Shown piece after piece: positions 35,394 to 45,596 of a stretch of 45,600 nt of DNA (position 1 is the stretch's first letter; the number at the start of each line of letters is the position of its first letter). The notes under the pieces are model-generated. The model did no database searches and was not told the DNA's origin. It saw only the letters and a list, made by a program, of their open reading frames with translations. Made by a program: the position numbers and the translations under genes. Source of the DNA: an uncultured Bacteroidales bacterium (GTDB taxonomy: Bacteria; Bacteroidota; Bacteroidia; Bacteroidales; JAIPAH01); NCBI GenBank assembly GCA_964345255.1, contig CAYFQK010000003.1, positions 1-45,600 on the forward strand, read 5' to 3'.

Positions 35394-36593
35394 ATGATTG
35401 ATAAGCAGAAATTTGAAAACCTGGTAAGGAATCCGGCAAGTCTTAATATGGCTACCATCCCTCAGTTAGAAAAACTGTTGGAAAAGTTCCCCTATTGCCA
35501 GACAGTGCATTTGCTTTATCTAAAAAATCTTAAGCTGGCGCATAATATAAATTTCAAACAACAGCTAAGGGTTACGGCTGCCTATGCCGGCGACAGAGCT
35601 GTGATGCGAAAATTTATTGAGGGGGCGGGGGAACATGCTGAGTCGGTTTCTCATGAAAAAATGACCAAAGAAAAGCCCGCCCAGGCTGCAGATACCGATA
35701 AGGATGAAGGAATTACCCCGCAAAGTAACAAGCAGGATACTTTAAGGGAGGGTGCGGAAGAAAGCCCCAACACTGAAAAGAAAGAGAAGAGACCAGAGGA
35801 AGAAATTGAGAAATCTTCGACGACCCCGGCACAGAATGAGCCTGGCTCTTTTGAAAAAACACCGGCTGAAAGTTCTGCGCTTTCAGCTTCCACAAAATAT
35901 ACAGAAGATAAATCTACCCGCGTAGAAAATGTGGGATATCCTTACAGAGAAGACTCTGAAAATGAAACGACAAGTGATTGGAAGCAGGAAAACCGCCAGG
36001 TCAGGCGTAAAAAGCAGATAGAAGAGCTTAGAGAAGAACTGAATGAGCTCAAAAAGGAAAAGGATAAGATAGAAAACCTCATTAAAGACGAGCCTTCAAG
36101 GCAAAAGCGAAGTACCGCCAAAAAGCCAGGGGACAGAAAAAAACCTGATGAGGTAGAAAGTGCGGGAAAGACAGGCCGGGCAAAAGAAAAGTCGGAAAGT
36201 GATCCTTCTGAAAAGGCTGAAAGGCAAGAAAAGCAGCCGGAGGGGCAGTCCGCTGAAGATGTTGAACCTCCTGGGAATGAGCAACAAAACCAGGGTAAGG
36301 AAAGCGACCTGCCACAGAAAGGAAAAGAGAAAAAAGAACATTTGATTGAAAAATTTATCAAGGAAGAACCCTCTGTTAATCCGAATAATCCCTTGTTCTA
36401 TGATCCTTCTGAGGCAGCACGCCGCAGTATTATGGAAACAGACGACCTGGTCAGCGAGACATTAGCAAAAATGTATCTGAAACAGGATAAAGTGCTGCAA
36501 GCCATAAAAATTTATGAGAAACTTCGCTTGAAATTTCCTGAAAAAAGTAGTTACTTTGCAGGCCAAATAAAAAAGATTAAAGAAAATAAATAA
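35394..36593 (+). CDS. Hypothetical protein: conserved N-terminal segment, about 240-aa charged disordered region, C-terminal TPR-like helix pair
   Basis: The N-terminus reads TIPQLEKLLEKFPYCQTVHLLYLKNL. The middle is rich in K/E/S/P/Q. The C-terminus reads LAKMYLKQDKVLQAIKIYEKLRLKFPEKSSYF. It starts 1 nt after the LptE-like stop. Confidence 0.6.
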   Translation: MIDKQKFENLVRNPASLNMATIPQLEKLLEKFPYCQTVHLLYLKNLKLAHNINFKQQLRVTAAYAGDRAVMRKFIEGAGEHAESVSHEKMTKEKPAQAADTDKDEGITPQSNKQDTLREGAEESPNTEKKEKRPEEEIEKSSTTPAQNEPGSFEKTPAESSALSASTKYTEDKSTRVENVGYPYREDSENETTSDWKQENRQVRRKKQIEELREELNELKKEKDKIENLIKDEPSRQKRSTAKKPGDRKKPDEVESAGKTGRAKEKSESDPSEKAERQEKQPEGQSAEDVEPPGNEQQNQGKESDLPQKGKEKKEHLIEKFIKEEPSVNPNNPLFYDPSEAARRSIMETDDLVSETLAKMYLKQDKVLQAIKIYEKLRLKFPEKSSYFAGQIKKIKENK

Positions 36594-36602
36594 TTAGTTG
36601 AA

Positions 36603-36953
36603 ATGGGCGCATATATTGTTGTTTCGGTATTAATCTTAATCGTTTGTATACTTTTAGGATTGGTAGTTTTGATACAGAATTCTAAAGGAGGCGGATTGTC
36701 CTCAACTTTTGCAGGACAAAACCAATACATGGGAGTTAGAAAAACTGCAGATTTCCTGGAAAAAGCCACGTGGACCCTGGCTATTGTTTTGCTGGTGCTC
36801 AGCTTATCTACAATTTTTGTTATTCCCAGAAATCAAAATGTCACAAGGCAGGATACCGAGCTAAAGGAGTTTATGGAGGATACCCAGCCGGCTGATTATT
36901 CGAGCCGTCCGGCATCTGAGCAGCTCCCTACTCCCGACGATGGAGAAAATTAG
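36603..36953 (+). CDS. secG: Preprotein translocase subunit SecG
   Basis: Two TM helices with an LIQNSKGGGLSSTFAG loop between them. An acidic/polar C-terminal extension follows. Confidence 0.8.
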   Translation: MGAYIVVSVLILIVCILLGLVVLIQNSKGGGLSSTFAGQNQYMGVRKTADFLEKATWTLAIVLLVLSLSTIFVIPRNQNVTRQDTELKEFMEDTQPADYSSRPASEQLPTPDDGEN

Positions 36954-36970
36954 AAAAGGTTTTCATTTCT

Positions 36971-37008
36971 AAAATGTCAGAATGTCATTGCATTCTGACA
37001 TTTTTTTT
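36971..37008 (+). terminator. Rho-independent terminator after secG
   Basis: AAAATGTCAGAATG (36971-36984) pairs perfectly with CATTCTGACATTTT (36991-37004). The right arm's terminal Ts open a T8 tract (37001-37008). Confidence 0.85.
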
Positions 37009-37222
37009 ATCCCCCCCATAGTCTGGTGTTAGAATTGTCAGTAGGTGGCAGCCAAAATATTTGGCACCGAACTTTGGTGTTTCTTTTAAATATCCACTGC
37101 GGCAAACGTTTAGCAATTTCAGAATTAATTTGCCGCTAAGCTCGGATCTGCTTTGGCACAAAATATGTCAGGGCAAGTGTGAATTTTCGGAAAATAATTA
37201 ATGAACCAATAAAATAACCTAA

Positions 37223-38881
<1,659 letters not shown>

Positions 38882-38906
38882 AAATTTCCGCTTAAAAACT
38901 CATTTA

Positions 38907-38940
38907 AGCCTTTCTCAATAAAGAGAAGGGCTTTTTGTTT
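38907..38940 (+). terminator. Rho-independent terminator after groEL
   Basis: AGCCTTTCTC (38907-38916) pairs with GAGAAGGGCT (38923-38932), 10 bp with one G-U pair, and runs into TTTTTGTTT. Confidence 0.7.
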
Positions 38941-38994
38941 ATAAACACGTGCACAAAAAATATGGATATATTGTCGAATTAAATCAAAAACATA

Positions 38995-39002
38995 TATATT
39001 TG
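38995..39002 (+). promoter_or_regulatory. -7 box TATATTTG for the adenine deaminase gene
   Basis: Exact TAnnTTTG match, with 19 nt between the box and the ATG at 39022. A partial -33 element (ATTG) lies 21 nt upstream. Confidence 0.45.
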
Positions 39003-39021
39003 TATATAACATAGTGGAGTT

Positions 39022-40659
39022 ATGAGTAATAAGCATTTCATACTGGAAGGGAATATTGTTGATGTCGTTGGCCAGCGAATCTTTAAAGGGCGTATTCACG
39101 CTAAAGAAGGTAAGATTACCAAGGTACAGGAAGTTGATGTAGCTTCAAATATTTTCATTATGCCTGGCCTTATCGATGCGCATGTGCACATAGAAAGTTC
39201 AATGCTGATCCCTTCCGAATTTGCCCGCATGGCAGTAGTTCACGGAACAGTGGCTACAGTCTCAGACCCCCACGAGATTGCCAATGTTTTGGGGATGGAT
39301 GGAGTTAACTTTATGATTGAAAACGGCAAAAAGGTTCCCTTTAAATTTTTCTTTGGGGCGCCCTCGTGTGTCCCGGCCACTCCTTTTGAGACATCAGGAG
39401 CGCAGATTGATTCCACGAAAACAAGATCATTGCTCGAGCGTGATGATATAAAATATCTTGCCGAGATGATGAATTTTCCGGGTGTACTGGGTTCTGACGA
39501 TGAGGTGATGGCAAAACTGCAGGCGGCCAAAGATGCTGGTAAGCCGGTAGATGGTCATGCTCCGGGCCTGAAAGGGAAGGATGCAAAAAGCTATGGGATT
39601 GCCGGGGTATCAACAGATCATGAATGTTTTACTAAGGAGGAGGCCCTTGATAAACTTGCCGCCGGCATGAAAATTCAAATACGTGAGGGCAGCGCGGCGA
39701 AAAATTTTGACGAGCTCATACCATTAATCAAAGATTATCCCAATGATGTGATGTTTTGCTCTGACGACAAACATCCTGATAGCCTTGCTGAGTCGCACAT
39801 TAATAAATTGGTGGCACGTGCCATAGCTCAGGGCTATGACCCTATGGCAGTACTCAGAGCGGCTACCTTAAATGCCAAACAACATTACAATCTGGAGGTA
39901 GGCATGCTCCAGGAGGGCGATCCGGCTGATATGATTCTGGTAGATAATCTGGAGGCATTTAATGTTCTTGAAACATATATCGATGGCCAGTTGACGGCTA
40001 TTGACGGACAAACCCGCATTAATTCAGTGGGAGAACGTCACCCGAATGTGTTTAAAGCACAAAAGATATCTGCTGAAGATATTAGCGTGGAAGCTCAGCA
40101 AGGGAAGCTGAAGGTTTTCCGGGCGAAAGATGGCCAGCTGATCACAGATGCATTTGAAGCGGATCCCCTGATTGTGGATAATCGTGTAGAAAGTGACCCT
40201 GACAGGGATATCCTGAAGATAGTCGTTATAAATCGCTACACCGCTTCAAAACCTGCCGTTGGTTTTGTTAACAATTTTGGAATAAAGAAGGGAGCCATTG
40301 CCTCAAGCGTAGCTCATGATTCTCATAACATCATTGCCGTAGGAGCCGATGATGAATCTATTGTTGAAGCCGTGAATAAGCTGGTGGAGAATACGGGAGG
40401 AATTACCCTTTATGATGGAGAGGGAACGGAAGTTTTACCCCTGCCGGTGGCAGGGATTATGGCCAGTGCCAATGGCTACTGGGTGGCAAGGCAGTACTCA
40501 ACGCTGGACAAAAAGGCTAAAAGCCTCGGCACAATGCTGGCTGCCCCTTATATGACTCTGTCTTTCATGGCTTTATTGGTTATTCCGCATTTGAAGTTAA
40601 GCGATAAAGGGTTGTTTGACGGTGATAATTTTAAATTTACAACACTATTTACCGAGTAA
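39022..40659 (+). CDS. ade: Adenine deaminase
   Basis: Amidohydrolase metal motif PGLIDAHVHIESSML, DGHAPGL and STDHE, followed by the Ade-specific C-terminal domain. 545 aa. Confidence 0.85.
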   Translation: MSNKHFILEGNIVDVVGQRIFKGRIHAKEGKITKVQEVDVASNIFIMPGLIDAHVHIESSMLIPSEFARMAVVHGTVATVSDPHEIANVLGMDGVNFMIENGKKVPFKFFFGAPSCVPATPFETSGAQIDSTKTRSLLERDDIKYLAEMMNFPGVLGSDDEVMAKLQAAKDAGKPVDGHAPGLKGKDAKSYGIAGVSTDHECFTKEEALDKLAAGMKIQIREGSAAKNFDELIPLIKDYPNDVMFCSDDKHPDSLAESHINKLVARAIAQGYDPMAVLRAATLNAKQHYNLEVGMLQEGDPADMILVDNLEAFNVLETYIDGQLTAIDGQTRINSVGERHPNVFKAQKISAEDISVEAQQGKLKVFRAKDGQLITDAFEADPLIVDNRVESDPDRDILKIVVINRYTASKPAVGFVNNFGIKKGAIASSVAHDSHNIIAVGADDESIVEAVNKLVENTGGITLYDGEGTEVLPLPVAGIMASANGYWVARQYSTLDKKAKSLGTMLAAPYMTLSFMALLVIPHLKLSDKGLFDGDNFKFTTLFTE

Positions 40660-40696
40660 TATATACATATTTATTTTCCTTTTATGTTAAATTTTA

Positions 40697-40704
40697 TATT
40701 TTTG
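40697..40704 (+). promoter_or_regulatory. -7 box TATTTTTG for the ArsR-family gene
   Basis: Exact TAnnTTTG match, with 19 nt between the box and the ATG at 40724. Confidence 0.45.
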
Positions 40705-40723
40705 CACCAAAATTAAGAAAGCT

Positions 40724-41023
40724 ATGAAAAAGTTAGATCTGGATGTAATAAAACTTGAAGCAGCAGCAAGCAAATTAAGAGCAATAGCTCACCCGATGCG
40801 GATAGCTATAATTGATCTTCTGCATGAAAACCAAAAGCAGAGCGTTACAGAGATATATAAGAAACTGAACATTGAACAGGCTTCAGCTTCTCATCATCTA
40901 AATATTTTAAAAAATAAAGGGGTCTTGACGTCAAAGAGAGACGGAAAAAAGATTTACTATTCTTTAAAGAATCAAACGCTGACAGAGATCATCGAATGCA
41001 TTAATCGCTGCAACGAGGAGTAA
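40724..41023 (+). CDS. ArsR/SmtB-family winged-helix transcriptional regulator
   Basis: 99 aa with LRAIAHPMRIAIIDLL...QSVTEIYKKLNIEQASASHHLNILKNKGVL. I see no obvious metal-binding CxC motif in helix 3. Confidence 0.8.
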   Translation: MKKLDLDVIKLEAAASKLRAIAHPMRIAIIDLLHENQKQSVTEIYKKLNIEQASASHHLNILKNKGVLTSKRDGKKIYYSLKNQTLTEIIECINRCNEE

Positions 41024-41096
41024 TCTGTTTAGCTGATATTAAAAAAATTCATTACTGCTACGTAAAGTAGTTTTGAGGGATTAATTATTTATGGGT

Positions 41097-41131
41097 AAAA
41101 ACCTTAGCTCTCCTCTGAGGGCTAAGGTTTT
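41097..41131. terminator. Bidirectional hairpin terminator overlapping the stop codon of the minus-strand gene
   Basis: AAAACCTTAGC (41097-41107) pairs perfectly with GCTAAGGTTTT (41121-41131) and can extend inward. T-rich tracts follow on both strands. Confidence 0.6.
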
Positions 41132-42879
41132 ATTTTCCAATCATATTCTACTTCCCAGTTAGCCATTATCTCAATCACATTCTGGAAATAAATGATTTCT
41201 TCAGGTTGCTCATGTCTTATATACAGCCCGGGGTCCCATATCCTGTTTTTGTTTTTGTCCTGAATGGCTCGAAGTTTATATTTATCAGGTTCAAGAAATT
41301 CAAAACGAAGAGTGGTGTCCTTTTTTACAGTAACTTTCTTAAAAAGCTCCTTCTCATCAGTGGAGAGTAAGCTTACAATGTAGTGAGCTGTAGTATCCGG
41401 GATAGTCATATTGATGAGTAGCGTTCCATATTTATCTTTGGGTTGGGTGGTGAATTTAAGCAAAGTGCTGTCATTTTTATTTCCATAGATATCAAGATAG
41501 GATGAATCAGGGATGTAGAGCCTGTAACTCATGTCATCATTCCATTTATAAGCTATAGTCGCCTCCCGCAGACCGCTTCGCCGGGATGAGACTTTTGTAG
41601 TATCTTCCGTCGAATAAAGGTAGAGAGAGTCATTTATTATGCCCCCTTCTGCAAGAGGTTTAGAGAATTCCAGTTTCATCGGATAGCTCGGAATCTGCAC
41701 ATTATTCTGTAGTACAGGATTGACTTTTAACCCCGGTTCCTCCCTGCGGGACTGCTGTTCTTCCGGTTTTTCAAAATAGGTGAAAGTCAAGGTATCATTT
41801 AACGTCGAATCCATATTAAAAGTCATCTCCAGTGAGTCACTTTTAAAGTCAGTAAGCCATAGGGCCACACTGTCTTTTACTTCATGCCATTCAGGGATGA
41901 ACCAGTTTTTGTCCATCTCAGGCTTTAATGGTTTTATGGCCAGGCTGTCCAGTGGCTTATTGAACCCCAGTATTACCTTCTCATCTTTTTCCATGGTGCT
42001 GGAAGTGAGTTGAAGTGTAGTATCCCGGTCATTGAATAAGCTCAGCGTCAGGGTATCTGATGAACTGCCAGGTTGAGGCTTATCTTTTTTGAGGGTGTCT
42101 TCGGCGGGAGTTTTCAAAGAATCGCGGCTTGCTGTATCTATCACATCGTAACTTTTCATTAAAGTGATTTGCCGGGGCCTTATTAAGGAGTCGGTGAATG
42201 CAATTTTTTCATTCGGGAGATCATACAAATAGTTTGAGTTGACATCGTTAAGCGCAAATATCTTATAAGTGGTGTCCTTAAGGTTAGTAAGATTAAATAT
42301 TCCCCTATCATCGGTTTTGGTTATATAAAGCGGTCTTTGTTTCATCGGCACTGAATCATACATGTCAGTGTAGAGCATGACAAAAATATCCTTGGCAGGA
42401 TTTTTATCCCATGCATTTATAACCTTGCCTGTAACCTTCATCGAATCCACTTCGCTGCCGGTAGAAAAAACATATTGAAAGTTTTCGATAGGATTAGATT
42501 CGTGCAGATCGACGATGGCATTACCAAAATAAAACGTGTAAGTCGTGTTTTTCTTAAGGGTGTCACTTATTTTAATCACAACAGATTTACCGCGGGTGTC
42601 TATGTCCGGATCATTTTTCAGGGGAGGGGAGACCATTAATTTTTGTTTTACTCCCTCCAGCTGTACAAATTCATTGAACTCGATTTCTATTTCTTCACTA
42701 TCGAAATTGGTAGCGTAATTAGGGGGGCTGGAAACTACTACCAGGGGAGGTGTTGTATCCTCAGGTCCACCTGACAGCGGAGCCACCTTAGCACACGATC
42801 CGATAAAGATAGCTGCTACTAAGCCTGCCCAAATAAGCATTCCTGCACTTATACGTCTTCTTCGGGTAATATTCATCAA
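41122..42879 (-). CDS. Lipoprotein with an N-terminal bacterial Ig-like (SbsA/Big_5-type) domain
   Basis: Lipobox FIGSCA, then PLSGGPEDTTPPLVVVSSPPNYATNFDSEEIEIEFNEFVQL, typical of Bacteroidota Ig-like-domain lipoproteins. The rest is predicted beta-rich. Confidence 0.65.
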   Translation of the reverse strand: MMNITRRRRISAGMLIWAGLVAAIFIGSCAKVAPLSGGPEDTTPPLVVVSSPPNYATNFDSEEIEIEFNEFVQLEGVKQKLMVSPPLKNDPDIDTRGKSVVIKISDTLKKNTTYTFYFGNAIVDLHESNPIENFQYVFSTGSEVDSMKVTGKVINAWDKNPAKDIFVMLYTDMYDSVPMKQRPLYITKTDDRGIFNLTNLKDTTYKIFALNDVNSNYLYDLPNEKIAFTDSLIRPRQITLMKSYDVIDTASRDSLKTPAEDTLKKDKPQPGSSSDTLTLSLFNDRDTTLQLTSSTMEKDEKVILGFNKPLDSLAIKPLKPEMDKNWFIPEWHEVKDSVALWLTDFKSDSLEMTFNMDSTLNDTLTFTYFEKPEEQQSRREEPGLKVNPVLQNNVQIPSYPMKLEFSKPLAEGGIINDSLYLYSTEDTTKVSSRRSGLREATIAYKWNDDMSYRLYIPDSSYLDIYGNKNDSTLLKFTTQPKDKYGTLLINMTIPDTTAHYIVSLLSTDEKELFKKVTVKKDTTLRFEFLEPDKYKLRAIQDKNKNRIWDPGLYIRHEQPEEIIYFQNVIEIMANWEVEYDWKIKP

Positions 42880-43034
42880 TTATACTTTTAAGACGATAAA
42901 GATAAAAAAACCATACCAAACAAAGCCAAAACCACATATTCATGCATAATTTTAGATTCTTCGGGAAAACTGTTATTTTAATCTACAACCTTCCGTTGAT
43001 TTATTTGTATTTTTATAAAGAGAAAACAAGGACT

Positions 43035-44963
43035 ATGTTGAAAACCAGGCTAACACTTGTATTAGTTTTTCTGTCTCTGCTTCTTTCAAGTCAGGAGCAA
43101 AAAAACTTGATTACCTCAATAAAACAGTGCAGTGACTTTAAGAAACAATTTCATCTGCAAAATCATGACACAATAGGACTTAATTATGATCTCCACTATC
43201 ATCGCATAAACTGGTTTCTCAATCCCGGTATTCGCTATATTCGGGGAAGTGTAAGGTCTGCCTTCGAAGCCAGAGAGCCTGTCGATTCTGTTGCTTTTCA
43301 GTTGGGCGATGCGATGCAGGTAGACAGCATTGTTTATCACAATAGCAGAATTGCCTATGTTCATCAAGAGGATGTGATTACGGCATATTTGCCATCAGAA
43401 ATCGACGAAGGGACTAATGATTCTCTGACGATATTTTACCAGGGCTCACCGGCCGATTCAGCGGCTTTTGCGCAGGGCGTGCATGGACCCGACGATACCC
43501 CGGTCATTTGGACTTTATCAGAGCCCTACGGGGCCAAACAGTGGTGGCCTTCTAAAAATGCCCTGACTGATAAAATTGATTCGCTGGATATTTTTGTTCA
43601 TGTCACACCAACTCAATACAAGGCCGCTTCCAATGGGATACTCGTAAAGGATACCGTGATGACCTCTGAAGATAAACGCATTTTCCACTGGAAGCACCGC
43701 TATCCCATAACCACTTACCTGGTAGCAGTCGCAGTCAGCGATTACAGAAAGTTTGATGAGTACATCCATTTCAGGGATGATTCGCTGCGCCAGGTTAACT
43801 ATATCTATGAAGAGGATTACAATTTTGCGGTCAATCATATCCCCAATTATTACAAATCGTTTAAGCTTTTTGATACCCTTTTCATGCCCTATCCTTTCTT
43901 TGAAGAACAGTACGGCCATGCCCAGATGAACCGCGGTGGGGGTATGGAACATCAAACCATGACCTTTATCGGCAGCTACGATTTCCACTTGCTTACGCAT
44001 GAAGTCGCTCACCAGTGGTTCGGAAACTACATTACTCTGGATAACTGGCACGATATCTGGCTGAATGAGGGCTTTGCCACCTATCTGACAGGACTGGCCT
44101 ACGAAAAAGCCTTCGATACGGACAAATGGTGGGATATCTGGCGGCCACAGATTATCGGGCATGTTACCAGCGAGCCCGGCGGTTCGGTTTATGTGCCGGA
44201 TGTAAGTGACCGTGAGCGGATTTTTGATGCCCGGCTTTCCTACAGTAAAGGAGCCTATTTGCTTCACATGTTGCGATGGGTTATTGGCGATGAAGCCTTT
44301 TTCCAGGCCATCAGAAACTACCTGGCCGATCCGGCTGTCGCTCACGGTTACGCAGGAAATGAGGATCTGATTTATCACCTGGAGGAGCAGGGTGATACTA
44401 CGCTGACGGAGTTTTTTAACGATTGGTATTATGGGGAGGGCTACCCATCATATGAGGTCAAAACCGACTGGATAAATGAAGGACATGTGAAAGTAACACT
44501 ATCTCAGCAACAAAGCCATCCGAGTGTGGATTTCTTTGAAATGCCGGTGCCGGTGGAGTTCAAGAACTCCATTCACGATACAGTAGTCATTTTTAACCAT
44601 ACCCACAACAATCAACAATTTGAGACCAACCTGGGATTTTTCCCGGATTCGGTTTTTGTGGATCCGAATTACCATCTCATATCTGCAGAGAATTCCACGC
44701 TGTTAAGTACATCATCGCTTAAGGAAGATATACTGCTAAAGCTGCAGCCGAATCCCGTGACCTCTTTTGTTCAAATCATTTCCGATCAAAAGATGAATTC
44801 GGTCAGGGTGTACTCCGCTGATGGTCGTTTTGTTGAGGAACATGGCTTTGATGGAAGTGAAAAAGCACGGATAAACACCCGAAAACTTAATGCCGGCGTA
44901 TATCTATTGCGTATTGAAATGGAAGCCGGAATGATTCGCTCATTGAAGTTTGTAAAGCAATAA
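43035..44963 (+). CDS. Secreted M1-family zinc aminopeptidase with a T9SS sorting domain
   Basis: Signal peptide MLKTRLTLVLVFLSLLLSSQ, with the ATG at 43035 preferred over the start at 42942. It has a GGMEHQ exopeptidase motif, HEVAHQWFGN, WLNEGFATY and a type-A CTD. Confidence 0.9.
   Translation: MLKTRLTLVLVFLSLLLSSQEQKNLITSIKQCSDFKKQFHLQNHDTIGLNYDLHYHRINWFLNPGIRYIRGSVRSAFEAREPVDSVAFQLGDAMQVDSIVYHNSRIAYVHQEDVITAYLPSEIDEGTNDSLTIFYQGSPADSAAFAQGVHGPDDTPVIWTLSEPYGAKQWWPSKNALTDKIDSLDIFVHVTPTQYKAASNGILVKDTVMTSEDKRIFHWKHRYPITTYLVAVAVSDYRKFDEYIHFRDDSLRQVNYIYEEDYNFAVNHIPNYYKSFKLFDTLFMPYPFFEEQYGHAQMNRGGGMEHQTMTFIGSYDFHLLTHEVAHQWFGNYITLDNWHDIWLNEGFATYLTGLAYEKAFDTDKWWDIWRPQIIGHVTSEPGGSVYVPDVSDRERIFDARLSYSKGAYLLHMLRWVIGDEAFFQAIRNYLADPAVAHGYAGNEDLIYHLEEQGDTTLTEFFNDWYYGEGYPSYEVKTDWINEGHVKVTLSQQQSHPSVDFFEMPVPVEFKNSIHDTVVIFNHTHNNQQFETNLGFFPDSVFVDPNYHLISAENSTLLSTSSLKEDILLKLQPNPVTSFVQIISDQKMNSVRVYSADGRFVEEHGFDGSEKARINTRKLNAGVYLLRIEMEAGMIRSLKFVKQ
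44736..44960 (+). other. Type-A T9SS C-terminal sorting domain of the M1 peptidase
   Basis: LKLQPNPVTSFVQI...VRVYSADGRFVEE...INTRKLNAGVYLLRIEMEAGMIRSLKFVKQ matches the canonical Por secretion tail. Confidence 0.8.
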
Positions 44964-44972
44964 ATGTCTGAA

Positions 44973-45596
44973 TTACATCTGAATGGAGTTGAACTGATAC
45001 CCCTTAGCTGAAAAGTGCTCCAGGGTCTTAGACAAAGCATGAAGCATTCTTTCACTAGCTTTTTCACTATCGTGGAAAACAATGATAGCCCCCTCGTCGG
45101 AATTATCAATAACATTCCAGGCACATTTTTCGGGAGTGATGGAATTGTCGAAATCGGCGCTCAGCACCGTCCACATGATGATATGATAGGATTCACTTAG
45201 TTTTGAAATTTGCGATCGGCTGATTTTCCCGTAAGGCGGACGAAATAGTTTTGTATCCAAAAGCAAATTGGCTTGCTCTATGTCATCAAAATAAACTTGA
45301 TCTTCAGTGTTCCAGCCTTTCAAATGATGGTATGTGTGGTTGCCGGTTTGATGTCCGCGTTTTACTATTTCTTTAACAAGTTCAGGATAACGTGCTACTT
45401 TATCGCCTATAATAAAAAAAGTAGCTTTAGCACCATAGCGATCAAGCAGATCAAGGGTTTGCTCTGTAATTCCTGGGGTTGGTCCATCATCAAAAGTCAA
45501 AAAAAGCTCTTTTCGCGAAGTTGGTATTTTCCATACAAGCGAAGGGTAAAGTAACTTGCTAATGATTTTGCCGGATTTTATAAAATAGGTTTTCAT
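44973..45596 (-). CDS. Polysaccharide deacetylase (NodB homology domain)
   Basis: LTFDDGP, ATFFIIG and GNHTYHH motifs. 207 aa, with the complete CDS ending 4 nt before the window edge. Confidence 0.9.
   Translation of the reverse strand: MKTYFIKSGKIISKLLYPSLVWKIPTSRKELFLTFDDGPTPGITEQTLDLLDRYGAKATFFIIGDKVARYPELVKEIVKRGHQTGNHTYHHLKGWNTEDQVYFDDIEQANLLLDTKLFRPPYGKISRSQISKLSESYHIIMWTVLSADFDNSITPEKCAWNVIDNSDEGAIIVFHDSEKASERMLHALSKTLEHFSAKGYQFNSIQM

Noticed and set aside
35651-36361. Several overlapping reverse-strand ORFs (60-139 aa) and one plus-strand alternative-frame ORF in the low-complexity region.
   Set aside because: They are a by-product of the polypurine/polypyrimidine skew of this tract. 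Their translations are S/F/L/C-rich nonsense.
37062-37078. A sigma-54 promoter-like TGGCAC upstream of groEL (TGGCACCGAACTTTGGT), and a second TGGCAC at 37154.
   Set aside because: The -12 element is wrong: TTTG stands where TTGC is required, so the invariant GC is missing at the correct spacing. The second copy has no -12-like element at all.
37101-37139. A CIRCE-like imperfect inverted repeat (TTAGCAATT...GCCGCTAA; GGCAAA...TTTGCC) upstream of groEL.
   Set aside because: The arms match the CIRCE consensus TTAGCACTC-N9-GAGTGCTAA poorly and need an indel to pair, and the stem is only about 6 bp. This is not convincing without comparative data.
42942-43034. N-terminal extensions offered by the ORF track: 42942 for the M1 peptidase, 15128 for the dipeptidase, 16866 (GTG) for the M23 peptidase, 14630 (TTG) for purF, 6214 (GTG) for the cargo and 1870 (GTG) for the hypothetical protein.
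   Set aside because: In each case a downstream ATG gives a canonical signal peptide or mature N-terminus and removes an overlap with a neighbouring gene or promoter. The extensions add implausible residues.
43518-44378. A 286-aa reverse-strand ORF inside the M1 aminopeptidase gene.
   Set aside because: It is antisense to a CDS with intact catalytic motifs, has no recognisable domain, and is a shadow ORF.
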